Source: Ignavibacteriota bacterium (GTDB taxonomy: Bacteria > Bacteroidota > Ignavibacteria > UBA10030 > UBA6906). From it: a DNA stretch of 64,000 bases. Shown here piece after piece: positions 44,653-55,403 of this stretch (position 1 is the first letter of the stretch; every line of letters starts with the position of its first letter). The DNA is taken from the NCBI GenBank assembly GCA_963849385.1, contig CAWKHH010000009.1:77337-141336 (forward strand), in the 5' to 3' direction. The notes below the pieces were generated by a model, which did not search any database, was not told where the DNA came from, and saw only the letters and a list, made by a program, of their open reading frames with translations. The position numbers and the translations under genes are program-made.

Positions 44653-45198
44653 CTACAGTTTGTACGACACCCCAACCTTGAAGAATCCTATGTCATAGCC
44701 GAGTTCGGCCGTAGCGGCAAATTTCGGCGTGAAGTAGTATCGTCCGCCGACGTAGATCCCAAAACCAAAGTAGCCCCCACCGGCACTGTAGGCGTACAGT
44801 TTCTCATTTTGACCCGAGAACGACGCACTCACAATATGAAACCCGAGCGTAAGACCGCCATAGAGGTCGACATTTTTGAGATCTTTGATTTGGTCGGCGA
44901 AGTGGTACGTTCCGCGTGCACCGACGAAGATGTAGCTGTAGGACCACTTGTCAACTGCGAAATTGTAGCTGGAAGTGGCATACGACACAATGCCTCCGAC
45001 CGCAATGTTTTGCACCACTGCATGATCAAAGGAGAGGAAAATCGGCGGCATGCCGGCGGATCCGTACGCACCCGGGTATCCCAGGCCGAGTCCGGCCGTA
45101 ATGACGTTTTCTCCTTTTTTGGCCTGCGCATTGGACACCGAAACAAGCAGCGCGGTGATGACGGCCATCACGGTGAGAACTGCCAGGATTCTTTTCAT
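44653..45198 (-). CDS. outer-membrane beta-barrel protein (OmpW/OMP_b-brl-like)
   Basis: Signal peptide MKRILAVLTVMAVITALLVSVSNAQA and alternating amphipathic beta-strands with a C-terminal aromatic. Confidence 0.65.
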   Translation of the reverse strand: MKRILAVLTVMAVITALLVSVSNAQAKKGENVITAGLGLGYPGAYGSAGMPPIFLSFDHAVVQNIAVGGIVSYATSSYNFAVDKWSYSYIFVGARGTYHFADQIKDLKNVDLYGGLTLGFHIVSASFSGQNEKLYAYSAGGGYFGFGIYVGGRYYFTPKFAATAELGYDIGFFKVGVSYKL

Positions 45199-45301
45199 CT
45201 ACCTGCTCCGATTGATGTGTGAGTGACGGTCAGACGAGTACCGGGAATATAGAATTTTCCAGGATTATTCACAAACAGATACTTGTTCCCACGCCGCCCG
45301 G

Positions 45302-46915
45302 TCAGGCGCCCGGTCTCCTGTCGGGACGTGGTCTTCGCCTCTGTCCTCCCCGCCCCGGAGCGCGCGAGGATCTCTTCCGGGGCTCGACGGTTCCTTCAGC
45401 AAGGGGAGGCAATGGCGTGAGCAGGTCTGCGTCCGGATGTATCGCCGGAAGATCACGACCAATAAACTTTTCGATGTCCGGAAGTTCGTACGCTTCCGTT
45501 TCTGTCGCAAAGCTGACCGATGTTCCGCTCGCGCCCGCCCGGCCGGTACGCCCGATCCGATGGAGATAGTCTTCTGGATCCATGGGCAATGAGTAGTTGA
45601 CAACGTGACTCACGCCTTCAATGTGCAAACCGCGCGCGGCCACGTCGGTAGCCACGAGCACTTTGAGCTTCCCGCCCCGGAACGCCTCCAACGTTTTGAC
45701 CCGCTGGTCCTGTGACACGTCTCCTGACAGAAGTCCCACTTTGATCCCACGTGCTGCGAGCCGATCCTTAAGGAACTGCGTCTCGTCGCGCCGATTGGCA
45801 AAGACCATGACACGTTCCAGATTGAGCCTGGTGATGATATTGTAAAGCAGCGTAAATTTTGCATCGTCTGTGGTAATGTAGACCAACTGGTCGATTGAGG
45901 CGAGCGTGATATCGCGGGGTGGGGTTACATCAACCTGCACCGCGTCGCGGGTCCATGCAGCGGCGAGGCGGTGCACTTCCGGCGTGAGGGTCGCGCTGAA
46001 AAACATCGTCTGCCGCTTTCCCTTCATCGGGGTGCTCTCTATGATCCGGCGCACATCGGGGATGAATCCCATATCCAGCATACGGTCCGCCTCATCGATC
46101 ACAAGAATCTCGACGCTGCTCAAGTCAATGTTGCCTTTGCGCTTGAAGTCCAGGAGACGCCCCGGAGTCGCGGCAACGATGTCAACGAATCCGTCTTTCA
46201 GCAGGCGTTCTTGTTTCGAGTATTCCATTCCACCGAACACCGCCATCGTAATACAGTCCGAATACTTGCCGAGGGCTTTCGCGTCCTTCTCAATCTGGAG
46301 CACGAGTTCGCGAGTGGGGGCAAGGATAAGGGCTCGTGGCGTTCCGCTCTTTCGAGGTTTCGGCAAGGGCTTGCGGCTGAAGTGTGTCAGGATGGTGATA
46401 AGGAATGCCGCAGTCTTTCCTGTTCCCGTTTGCGCGCGGCCCGATGCATCGGCCCCTGAGAGCGTCACGTTGAGGATGCCCGCCTGAATGGGTGTGCAAT
46501 ACAGAAAGCCGAGGTCATGGATTGCATGCATTACATCGAGAGAGAGTCCGAGGTCATGAAAGCGGACCTTTCCCTCCTCGACCGGGACGGCAAATTCCGA
46601 AGGATCCCATGCGACCTTCGGGCGCCGGGCTTCAGGCGTCGGTTCCGGCCTGGGACGACGTGTTCTCGGTGGACGGGTCTGTCGATCCTGCTGCGGCTGG
46701 CGGGGCCCGCGCTGGTCACCCCGACCGCCCGGAGAAGGAGTTTCACGTCGGCCCCCCGGAGAAGGAGTTTCACGCCGGCCCCCTGAAGAAGGAGCTTCAC
46801 GCCGGCCTCCGGGAGAAGGCGTTTCACGTCTCACACGCGTTCTCTGCTCACGCACTTGTGTGTGAGGGTGTTGAGGGGGAATCACGGGAGTGCCGGTGGA
46901 CGCTGCCTGGAGCAC
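45302..46915 (-). CDS. DEAD-box ATP-dependent RNA helicase with Arg/Pro-rich repetitive N-terminal extension
   Basis: Q motif, AQTGTGKT, PTRELV, DEAD (VIDEADRM), SAT and HRIGRTGR motifs. There is no start codon between the repeats and the Q motif, so the extension is coding. Confidence 0.8.
   Translation of the reverse strand: MLQAASTGTPVIPPQHPHTQVREQRTRVRRETPSPGGRREAPSSGGRRETPSPGGRRETPSPGGRGDQRGPRQPQQDRQTRPPRTRRPRPEPTPEARRPKVAWDPSEFAVPVEEGKVRFHDLGLSLDVMHAIHDLGFLYCTPIQAGILNVTLSGADASGRAQTGTGKTAAFLITILTHFSRKPLPKPRKSGTPRALILAPTRELVLQIEKDAKALGKYSDCITMAVFGGMEYSKQERLLKDGFVDIVAATPGRLLDFKRKGNIDLSSVEILVIDEADRMLDMGFIPDVRRIIESTPMKGKRQTMFFSATLTPEVHRLAAAWTRDAVQVDVTPPRDITLASIDQLVYITTDDAKFTLLYNIITRLNLERVMVFANRRDETQFLKDRLAARGIKVGLLSGDVSQDQRVKTLEAFRGGKLKVLVATDVAARGLHIEGVSHVVNYSLPMDPEDYLHRIGRTGRAGASGTSVSFATETEAYELPDIEKFIGRDLPAIHPDADLLTPLPPLAEGTVEPRKRSSRAPGRGGQRRRPRPDRRPGA
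46724..46831. repeat. four tandem 27 bp repeats (encode RRETPSPGG x4) inside the helicase 5' coding region
   Basis: GGAGAAGGAGTTTCACG(Y)CGGCCCC units. The period is a multiple of 3 and in frame. Confidence 0.5.
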
Positions 46916-47108
46916 CGGTAATCTTCTTGATCAGGTCGCCAATTCTCTTAAACACGGATAGTGCCAACGACCGCTCGCTTTCTTGATAAGAGGTAGAGTG
47001 TTTAAACCTACGCTATTATGGTGCGAGTATCAAGTTCTCTTTCGGTGTTGCCGTCGAGTGTGATTCTTTGTATCCTGAATGATCACAACCGGACCTCAGA
47101 AGCGTACA

Positions 47109-48986
47109 ATGTCGAAACCACCAGCTGCTGTACTGCTTACCGCGCACACCGTCTCCGTCCGGTTCGGAGAACACCTTGTCTTGCGCGGCGCAACCCTGAG
47201 CATTCACCAGAATGACAAAATCGGGCTGATCGGGAATAACGGATCCGGCAAGTCAACTTTCCTGAAGGCACTCGCCGGTCTGATTCAACCTGACACGGGA
47301 ACGATATCGCGCCGACGCGATCTGCTGATCGGGTATCTCTCCCAGGATTTCCAGCTTGACCCGGCAAAATCCGTGTATGACAACATCCTTGACGGGGCGC
47401 ATGACGTCATTGATATCCTGCGCGAATATGAGGCGCTTCCCTATACATCGGAAAGACGCCATCTCCTCGAGAGTCAGATACATCACCGGGATGGATGGAA
47501 TCTCGAAAACAGAATCGAAGCGGCGATGCATTCGCTTAACGTTCCCGAGAAGAACCGCGACATTCGCACGCTTTCCGGCGGGGAGAGAAGACGCGTGGCT
47601 CTCTGCAAAGCAATCATTGCGCGGCCCGACCTGCTCCTCCTCGACGAACCGACGAATCACCTCGACACTGAATCCATCGAATGGGTGGAAGAGTTCCTGA
47701 ACACTTTTCCGGCAGCATGCCTCTTTGTGACACACGACAGATATTTTCTCGATTCCATCGCGAATAGGATTGTTGAGCTGTCAGACGGAGTCTGCGTTTC
47801 GCACACAGGGAATTATGGCGACTACCTGGTCGACAAGGCGGAACGGGAGGCACAGCAGGAGACCGAAGAGAAGAAGCGAAAGAGCTTCCTCCGCCGGGAA
47901 CTCGAGTGGGTGCGCAAGGGACCACGGGCTCGAAGAACAAAATCAAAAAGCCGGCTCCAGAAATACTTCGAGAGTGGTTGACGAGGGCGGTTACGAAGCG
48001 GAGCAGGAGGTGGAACTCATCATTCCCCCCGCCCACCCCTCTCGGATCCAAAATCCTGAATCTGAAAAATCTCAGTGCCGCTCAGGGGGGAAGACAACTG
48101 TTCGAAGGCCTGACGCTGAATTTTACCAAGACACGTAAGCTTGGAATCATCGGACGGAACGGACTCGGTAAGACAACGCTGCTGAGAATCATCCTTGGAG
48201 AAATCCAGCCTGCCGGCGGAGAGGTGGATGCCGGCGAGAATACCACGTTCAACTACGTCGATCAATCGCGAGTCTCTGTTAACAACGAGAACACCGTTCT
48301 CCAGGAAATCGGCGAAGGAAGGGAATGGCTCCTCCTGGGTGAGGAACGCATTACCGTGTGGAGATACCTGCGTCGCTTCCTCTTCGCGGACGACAGGATG
48401 AACGCAAAGGTGGGAAGTTTGTCGGGTGGTGAACGGAGCAGGCTTCTTCTCGCCAAAATACTGAAGAACGGCGGCAACTTTCTGATTCTCGACGAACCGA
48501 CCAACGACCTCGATCTGGCGACGCTTCGCATCCTCGAAGAGGCGCTGGCTGCATTTGATGGATGCGTGATTGCCGTGAGTCACGACCGCTATTTTCTGAA
48601 CCGCGTGTGCAATGGCATCCTTGCATTCGAAGGGCAAGGGGTCGTCCACTTCAGCGAAGGCGACTACGACTACTATATCGACAAGCGCAACGCCCGCCTT
48701 GCGGAGGCAGCACCCCCCTCTGCGCCCCGGAAAGAGGATCCGCGCGTGAAATCCCGGCCGACGAAGTTGAAATGGAAGGAAGCAAAGGAGCTGGAAACAA
48801 TCGAGGATGACATCATGAAGGCGGAAGCACGTGGTTGAGAAGATCGAGTCGCTCTTCTCGGCGCCTGACTTTTATGCGCAACACGGCGAGCAGACTGCCC
48901 GGTTAAGAGATGAGCTTGCCTCCGCAAAAGCAGAAGTCGAACGTCTTTATGCGAGGTGGCATGAACTGGAAGCGCTGAGGACGTGA
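47109..48986 (+). CDS. ABC-F family ATPase (EttA/Uup-like, two ABC domains); reading frame interrupted 3 times
   Basis: Two Walker A sites (GNNGSGKST, GRNGLGKTT), two LSGGE signatures and a C-terminal coiled-coil region. Spread over ORFs 47079-47981, 47770-48138 and 47906-48838, plus a C-terminal frame ending at 48986. Confidence 0.8.
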
Positions 48987-49141
48987 TGCCGCGGGCCCGC
49001 TCCGGAGATCATCGATTCCGGATTCCGATCGTCCCGGCACCACTGTACGGAGGGTCATCGGGATGAGCAAGGGGGGGCTCGGATACCTGAGGTGCGTGGC
49101 GCCTCGTCACCGATCCCCCTCAAGAGCATCAGCAATAGCGG

Positions 49142-49714
49142 CTATTTTGATGCTTTTTCAGCGGCCATTTGTGCGGCGGTCCAGGGCGGCACCACTCCCA
49201 CTATGCGTGCATAGGCAATAGACTGTCCGAGATGCTCGTGAATGTGCGACAAGAGGACAAGCAGAACGCTCCGCACAGTCATCTTGCTCCCGAACATCTC
49301 CACCATATTCTCCAGGCTGGCGTCTGACATGGTATTGATCGCATTCTTGACGAAGTCAAATGACTTCACCAGCTGTTCGCGGATGACCTTCTTGTCCGTT
49401 GAAGCTTTTTCCCATTTTGATCCGTCGGCCGGGGTGCCTACGGTGATATCTTCGGGCAATGTGGCGCCGGCAAACTTAGCGAACAGGTAGTTGGTAAAGG
49501 CAATATGTGAATACACTTCACTGACAGAGCGGACCTCCTTGGTCGGACGCCACGTCATCTTTTTGTCAGGGATACTACTTTCGAGATCGAGGACCTGTTT
49601 CTGTACGTACTGGATCTGGCCGGCCAAATCCGAACGGAACCCTTCCGCACGAACTAGCGTGGTGCCTGTCACAAGCAACAGGCAAAGGACAATCGCAAAA
49701 ACAGCACTCTTCAT
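49142..49714 (-). CDS. DinB-family (DinB_2) metal-dependent protein with signal peptide
   Basis: Signal peptide, four-helix DinB-like pattern and a conserved His triad region (SHIHEHLGQ). Confidence 0.65.
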   Translation of the reverse strand: MKSAVFAIVLCLLLVTGTTLVRAEGFRSDLAGQIQYVQKQVLDLESSIPDKKMTWRPTKEVRSVSEVYSHIAFTNYLFAKFAGATLPEDITVGTPADGSKWEKASTDKKVIREQLVKSFDFVKNAINTMSDASLENMVEMFGSKMTVRSVLLVLLSHIHEHLGQSIAYARIVGVVPPWTAAQMAAEKASK

Positions 49715-49849
49715 AACAGTACTCCTTTTGTGTGTATGTAATGTTAACCACCGTCAAGGCGATATGGTTCCCCTCCTCCCCCCGACCGTGACCGGGGGGA
49801 TGTGAGTTCAAAGTCCCCGTCTCGTTTCGGCCGGAGGACTCAGCGATTC

Positions 49850-50317
49850 CTAGTGATGTCGTCCACCCCGATGGAACCCGCCGTAGACTCGAAGGCCGTA
49901 GTAACGACCCGGCCACCCATAATACCCGGGCCAATACCAGGGGTCATAATAGGGATAACCGCCCCACCAGTAGTAGTCAGGCGGATAGTAGTGTGCCATT
50001 GTTGTCCGCTCCACATTCTGTGACGACCCATCCGCCTGGAGCATGGCATGAATGACTGAGTCGGCAACGCCCGATTGTTTGAGGGCCACGACATCCGGTG
50101 TGTGCAGCTGGAATGTCGAGCCGGTAGTGTTGATCATCTTCATTATGACATCGTTGCCGACTCCCGCCTTAGTCAGCGTGATGACATCCTCTTTGGTCAT
50201 CATCGCGAGCGAGTCTTGCGGTGAACGCCGGGCATGCGTTGCATAATGTTCTGACGCGCATCCCGACGCCCCAAGGATGCACACAGCGGCAATTGCGGCC
50301 ACTGCGAATCCTTTCAT
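49850..50317 (-). CDS. small lipoprotein with two internal ~28 aa repeats and an aromatic/Gly/Pro-rich C-terminal tail
   Basis: AGGAGG RBS, lipobox LGASGC, repeats DVITLTKAGVGNDVIMKMI and DVVALKQSGVADSVIHAML, and tail YYPPDYYWWGGYPYYDPWYWPGYYGWPGRYYG. Confidence 0.55.
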   Translation of the reverse strand: MKGFAVAAIAAVCILGASGCASEHYATHARRSPQDSLAMMTKEDVITLTKAGVGNDVIMKMINTTGSTFQLHTPDVVALKQSGVADSVIHAMLQADGSSQNVERTTMAHYYPPDYYWWGGYPYYDPWYWPGYYGWPGRYYGLRVYGGFHRGGRHH

Positions 50318-50651
50318 ACTCTTACCCTCCTTCTCTCCATTTTGCTGATTAGTGAATTGTCCGTTATCTTGTTCACAGCTTTGACAACTCTGCACTGCGT
50401 AAGGTTTATTGGTAATACAGGAGGGGGTGCGCGCTTGCAGATAAAGTTTCGTGTGCGGCACATTCTCACCGGGAGAGCCGGATTCTCTATAGAATAAACA
50501 CTGTGGGTGCACCCACGGTTCCCGGCGCGCTATCCAACTGAGTCGAATTGATTTTGGATGTCCTCTCTCTTACATTACCGCCGTCCTGTCACCTGTTCCA
50601 GGCAGTAGAAGGAAGCCAATAGTTCTGCGTGATCTTCGAAAGGAGTCGATC

Positions 50652-51128
50652 ATGGAAGAGAAGGTCCAGTTTAGACTCAATGGGAAGCAAACGTCGGTGA
50701 CCGTAGATAGCGACCGTATGCTCTTGTGGGTGTTGCGGACCGATCTCGGGCTCACAGGAACCAAGTACGGTTGTGGAGAGAGCCACTGCGGAGCCTGTAC
50801 GGTTCTTGTCAACAACGAAGCTGTCCGGTCGTGCGTGACACCCGTCGGAGACGTCAACGGGAAAGATGTGGTTACTATTGAGGGGTTGGCCGGCAAGGGG
50901 ACACTTCATCCGCTGCAGAAAGCATTCATGGAATCCGATGCTCTCCAGTGCGGATACTGTACGCCGGGAATGATCATGAACGCTTATGCGTTCCTTCGCA
51001 AGAACCCTCACCCTGCACCCGCCGACATCGTCGCCGGGATGGATGACAACCTGTGCCGTTGCGGGGCTCACACACGCATCATTCAGGCCATCCAAAACGC
51101 AGCCCTGGAGATGAAAGGAGGATCCTGA
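50652..51128 (+). CDS. (2Fe-2S)-binding small subunit of a xanthine dehydrogenase / aldehyde oxidoreductase family enzyme (CoxS/IorA-like)
   Basis: Plant-type and second 2Fe-2S cysteine clusters (CGESHCGACTV; CGYCTPG...CRCGAH). Confidence 0.85.
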   Translation: MEEKVQFRLNGKQTSVTVDSDRMLLWVLRTDLGLTGTKYGCGESHCGACTVLVNNEAVRSCVTPVGDVNGKDVVTIEGLAGKGTLHPLQKAFMESDALQCGYCTPGMIMNAYAFLRKNPHPAPADIVAGMDDNLCRCGAHTRIIQAIQNAALEMKGGS

Positions 51129-51129
51129 G

Positions 51130-53284
51130 ATGAATGAAAGCCTGGATCTCGAAGTCCAGGAGTCGACGACCGACTCCCGTATCACTCGGCGCGATTTTCT
51201 CAAGACGACAGGCAGCGGCATCTTCCTCTACTTCACCATCAGAGATCCGGAGTTGCTTCAGCAAGAGGTCGGGGGTCGAAGACCATCACCCGGACTGCCG
51301 ACTGATTTCAACGCGTTTCTGAAGATTGGAGACGACGGACGTGTTACCTGCTTTACCGGCAAAATCGAGATGGGCCAGGGTCCGATCACCTCTCTCGCGC
51401 AGGAGCTGGCAGATGAACTCGATGTTCCTCTTGATGCCGTCGATATGGTCATGGGAGATACCGACCTTTGCCCGTGGGACATGGGGACGTTCGGCTCGAT
51501 GACAACGCGTATCTTCGGCCCCGCCCTTCGGACCGCAGGCGCGCAGGCAAGACAGGTCTTGCTGGAACTGGCTTCTGAGAATCTGAAAATACCTGTTTCA
51601 CATCTGGCTGTCGAAAACGGAGTCGTAGTCGACTCAGGCAGCACTCTGCGTCGCATCTCCTACGGCCAGCTGACCCAGGGAAAGAGAATCGAACGTCACC
51701 TCACACAGCCGGCAGTCACTAAGAAGCCTTCGGAGTTCAAAGTGATGGGGAAACCGGAACTCCGTAGAGACGCACGGGTGAAGGTGACCGGCAGCGCGAA
51801 ATACGCCGGAGATATCCAGCTACCCGGGATGCTCTATGCAAGACTGCTTCGGCCTCCCGCACATGGCGCGAAACTCCTTGGTGCCGACCTCTCCGAAGCA
51901 AAGAAGGTGCAGGGAGTTCAGATCATCCAGGAGGGAGATTTCATCGCCGTCCTCCATAGATATCCGGATGTCGCTGAGACTGCGCTGTAAGAATTAAGGC
52001 CACATTCGACAAACCCAAATCAGGTATTAATGATGCAACGATTTTCGATCATCTGCTGAAAGTCGCCCCAGAAGGCCGGATGGTGGCACAGGGAGGAAAT
52101 CTTCAGGAAGGCGAGCGCGCCGCAACGGCCACCATTGAAGAGACCTATCTCGACGGCTACAAAGCGCACTCACCGATCGAGCCCCACACGGCTGTGGTGA
52201 AGATCGAAGGGAACAAGGCAACCGTCTGGGCGTCTACACAAACGCCGTTTGGTGCGAAAGATGAAGTCGCGAAGGAGCTTGGCTTCCGTCCGGAAAATGT
52301 GAGAGTCATCACCCCCTTTGTCGGCGGCGGATTTGGTGGCAAGTCAAGGAATCTGCAGGTTGTTGAAGCCGCCCGCTGTGCGAAACTCAGCGGAAAGCCG
52401 GTTCAGGTGGCCTGGTCCAGAAAGGAGGAGTTTTTCTTCGATTCGTTCCGGCCGGCGGCAGTCATCAAGGTGCGATCAGGAATGACGGCGGAGGGAAGGA
52501 TAACTTTCTGGGATTATCATGTCTACTTTGCGGGCGAACGCGGGTCCCAGCAATTCTACGATATCCCCCACCACCGTACTGTTGCACACAATTCAAGCTG
52601 GGTGGGAGCAGCGGGTTCCCACCCGTTTGCCACAGGGCCCTGGCGTGCACCGGGAAACAACACGAACACGTTTGGCCGCGAATGCCACATTGACGCGTTG
52701 GCAGCTCGATCCGGTATCGATCCCGTCGGATTCCGGCTCCGTAACCTGTCGGACGCAAAAATGAAACGCGTCCTGCAGGCTGCTGCGGACAAATTTGGAT
52801 GGAAACCGGCGAAATCACCCAGCGCCAGAGGATACGGTGTGGCGTGTGGGATTGACGCGGGAACGTACGTGGCTGCCATCGCTGAAGTGGCCGTCGACAA
52901 AGCCACTGGACGGGTGAAGACCAAGAGGGTCGTTTGTGCTCAGGATATGGGTCTGGTGATCAACCCGGAAGGAGCCACTATCCAGATGGAAGGCTGCATT
53001 ACGATGGGCCTTGGCTATGCCTTAAGGAGGACATCCATTTCAAAGACGGAGAGATTCTGGACGTCAATTTTGACACGTATGAAATCCCGAGGTTTTCCTG
53101 GCTGCCGAAGATAGAGACCGTTATCCTTGACAGCAAGGAAGACCCGGCCCAGGGCGGGGGCGAGCCGGCAATCGTGGTGATGGGAGCGGTCGTTGGAAAT
53201 GCGATCTATGATGCCGTCGGCGTACGATTGCATCAGATGCCGATGAACCCTGAGAGAATCACAGAAGCACTGAAGCGGGGTTAG
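51130..53284 (+). CDS. molybdopterin-binding large subunit (IorB/CoxL-like) with Tat signal; reading frame interrupted twice
   Basis: RRDFLK twin-arginine motif and an MoCo-binding domain. Spread over ORFs 51130-51990, 52080-53114 and 52934-53284. Translationally coupled to the 2Fe-2S subunit. Confidence 0.8.
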
Positions 53285-53324
53285 CGTCCCTGACCGACAG
53301 TAGCATTTCATTTGACCACGAACC

Positions 53325-53357
53325 GACGCCGCCATTCTGCTGGAATATGGCGGCGTC
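53325..53357. terminator. bidirectional terminator hairpin GACGCCGCCAT(N11)ATGGCGGCGTC between convergent genes
   Basis: Perfect 11 bp inverted repeat with an 11 nt loop. Confidence 0.5.
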
Positions 53358-53416
53358 AGCATTCTTGTGGCGCATCGGTCCAGGTAATCGCGGCCTCACG
53401 TTGCCGCCAGGGGCGC

Positions 53417-54109
53417 CTAGCGCAGATCCGGGAGCAGTGCGATCTCGATGCGGCGATTCTGACTCCGGCCTTTCACTGTCGCATTGCCCGCAACCGGATG
53501 GTATTCGGATAGCCCTACTGCCTCCAGCCGTGCAGGGTCAATCGCGACTGTCTCCTGCAGAAAGCGGACCACGTTCGCTGCACGCGCCATGGAGAGCTCC
53601 CAGTTTGTTGGAAATCTGTCCGCGAGTTTGCTGATCGGCACATTGTCCGTGTGTCCTTCAACCCGGATGACTTTCTTCTCTGCGTTCTTGAGCACATTCC
53701 CGACACGCTGGAGCACTTTGAGTCCTGCCGGGGTGATGTCCGCCTCACCCGAAGGAAAGAGTATACGATCCACCATGCTGACGGAAAGCCGGTCAGCGAG
53801 TTTTGTGATCGTCACCTGGCCTTGTTCGATCTCTGCCTTCATATCGGCCATCAGGGTGTCATACGTGGCCTTGACCCGATCGATCTCTTCTTGTTTCGCC
53901 TTTGAGAGACTGGCGATTTGCAGTGCGAGACGATTTTCTAAAGTTATCTTATCCTGACCCAGATTTTTCACCTGCACCTGCAACTCCTCCCGCGCATTTA
54001 TCAGGTCATCACGCTCCTTCTCCAACGCTGACGACGATTGCGAATAATACCATGCCGTAATTCCAAGGATGACTGCGACGATGGCACACAGGATAGCTGC
54101 AAGTTTCAT
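53417..54109 (-). CDS. OmpA-family protein (N-terminal TM, coiled coil, C-terminal OmpA-like peptidoglycan-binding domain)
   Basis: C-terminal RVEGHTDNVPI...NWELSMARAANVVRFL...NRRIEI OmpA_C pattern. Confidence 0.75.
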   Translation of the reverse strand: MKLAAILCAIVAVILGITAWYYSQSSSALEKERDDLINAREELQVQVKNLGQDKITLENRLALQIASLSKAKQEEIDRVKATYDTLMADMKAEIEQGQVTITKLADRLSVSMVDRILFPSGEADITPAGLKVLQRVGNVLKNAEKKVIRVEGHTDNVPISKLADRFPTNWELSMARAANVVRFLQETVAIDPARLEAVGLSEYHPVAGNATVKGRSQNRRIEIALLPDLR

Positions 54110-54208
54110 CTGAACCTCCTATTGATCGTGCCTGAGTTGGGTCCGAGTCTTGTCTGCCCAGCGACGCCCCCGCTATCGGGGAACTCCCGGGAACACTGGG
54201 CCGTAGAA

Positions 54209-55363
54209 TTAGGGCAGCGAGGCGCGGGATCTTTCGTGGATGATCTTCGCTCCGTCGAACCCGTTGAAATGTGTTGAGGATGCAGTGCTGTACGCTCCGA
54301 TATTCTCCGTGTAGAGGAAGTCTCCGACCTCGAGATTCCACGGGAGTTCAACGGACAGAGAGATCTTGTCGAAGCTGTCGCAGGTTGGTCCTACCACCGC
54401 ACAGATTTCCGATTCGCCTCCCTTGAAGGCGCGAAAATTCGGAATCCAATGATCGTACACCACACCCGAAAAAGTGTGATAGACGCCGTCATTGATGTGG
54501 TAGAACACCTTGCCATCCCTGCGAGCCTTGCCGATGATCTCCGAAACCAGAGTCGCGGTGGTGGCCACGATAAATCGACCGGGTTCGGCAAGGATTTCGA
54601 TCTCATCAGGGAACAGCCGCGTGAACTCGGAATTCAGGATTGTGGCAAGCTGCTCGAATTGCGGAACGCCGGGTTCGTAAGGGACTGGAAACCCGCCTCC
54701 GATGTCGACGAGATTCAATGGGAACCCCTTCTTCCGTGCATCGTTGAGAATCGTCGAGGCGATATCGAGCGCCACAGTGTAGTTATCGAAGTTCGTACAC
54801 TGGCTGCCTACGTGGAAACTGACCCCTTCGACCTTCAGTCCCATATCGAACGCCTGCTGGATCAATTGCTGCGCGTCGCCCGGCTCCGCGCCGAATTTCG
54901 AGGCCATCTCGACCTGCGATCCGGTGTCCGGAACCTTCAACCGCAACACCAATCCTGCCGTATCGCAGTGGTGCTTGAGTTTGATCAACTCGGCATTGTT
55001 GTCGTACGTTACCAGCGGCTTGTACTGTTTTATTTTCGCAAGCGTAGTGCGGTCTTTGATGGTGTTGGAAAAGATAATCTTGTCCCAAACAAAGTACTTC
55101 TTTTCCTTCCTCTCAAAGTGCTTGATGTATTGATAGACCTGCATGAATTCGTTGTACGAGGCAACATCGAAACTCGATCCTTCTTCGAACAACGTCTCGA
55201 CTATCTGTTGCTGGGAGTTGGCCTTCACTGCATAGTAGCACTGAACCCGTGGCAGGTGTTTCTTGAATGTCCGGTAATTTTCCCGGAGGATGTCATGGTT
55301 CACAATGAACAAGGGGGAGCCGTGCTGCTCCACCAGTTTCAGAAGTTTCTCGTGGCTGTCCAA
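54209..55363 (-). CDS. type III PLP-dependent decarboxylase (ornithine/lysine decarboxylase, eukaryotic-type fold)
   Basis: YAVKAN lysine motif, a GGG loop (IGGGFP) and 384 aa. Confidence 0.75.
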   Translation of the reverse strand: MDSHEKLLKLVEQHGSPLFIVNHDILRENYRTFKKHLPRVQCYYAVKANSQQQIVETLFEEGSSFDVASYNEFMQVYQYIKHFERKEKKYFVWDKIIFSNTIKDRTTLAKIKQYKPLVTYDNNAELIKLKHHCDTAGLVLRLKVPDTGSQVEMASKFGAEPGDAQQLIQQAFDMGLKVEGVSFHVGSQCTNFDNYTVALDIASTILNDARKKGFPLNLVDIGGGFPVPYEPGVPQFEQLATILNSEFTRLFPDEIEILAEPGRFIVATTATLVSEIIGKARRDGKVFYHINDGVYHTFSGVVYDHWIPNFRAFKGGESEICAVVGPTCDSFDKISLSVELPWNLEVGDFLYTENIGAYSTASSTHFNGFDGAKIIHERSRASLP

Positions 55364-55403
55364 GTCTCTCTCCAGGTAAGGGTTCTGAGGCGCGGGAAGC
55401 GCA

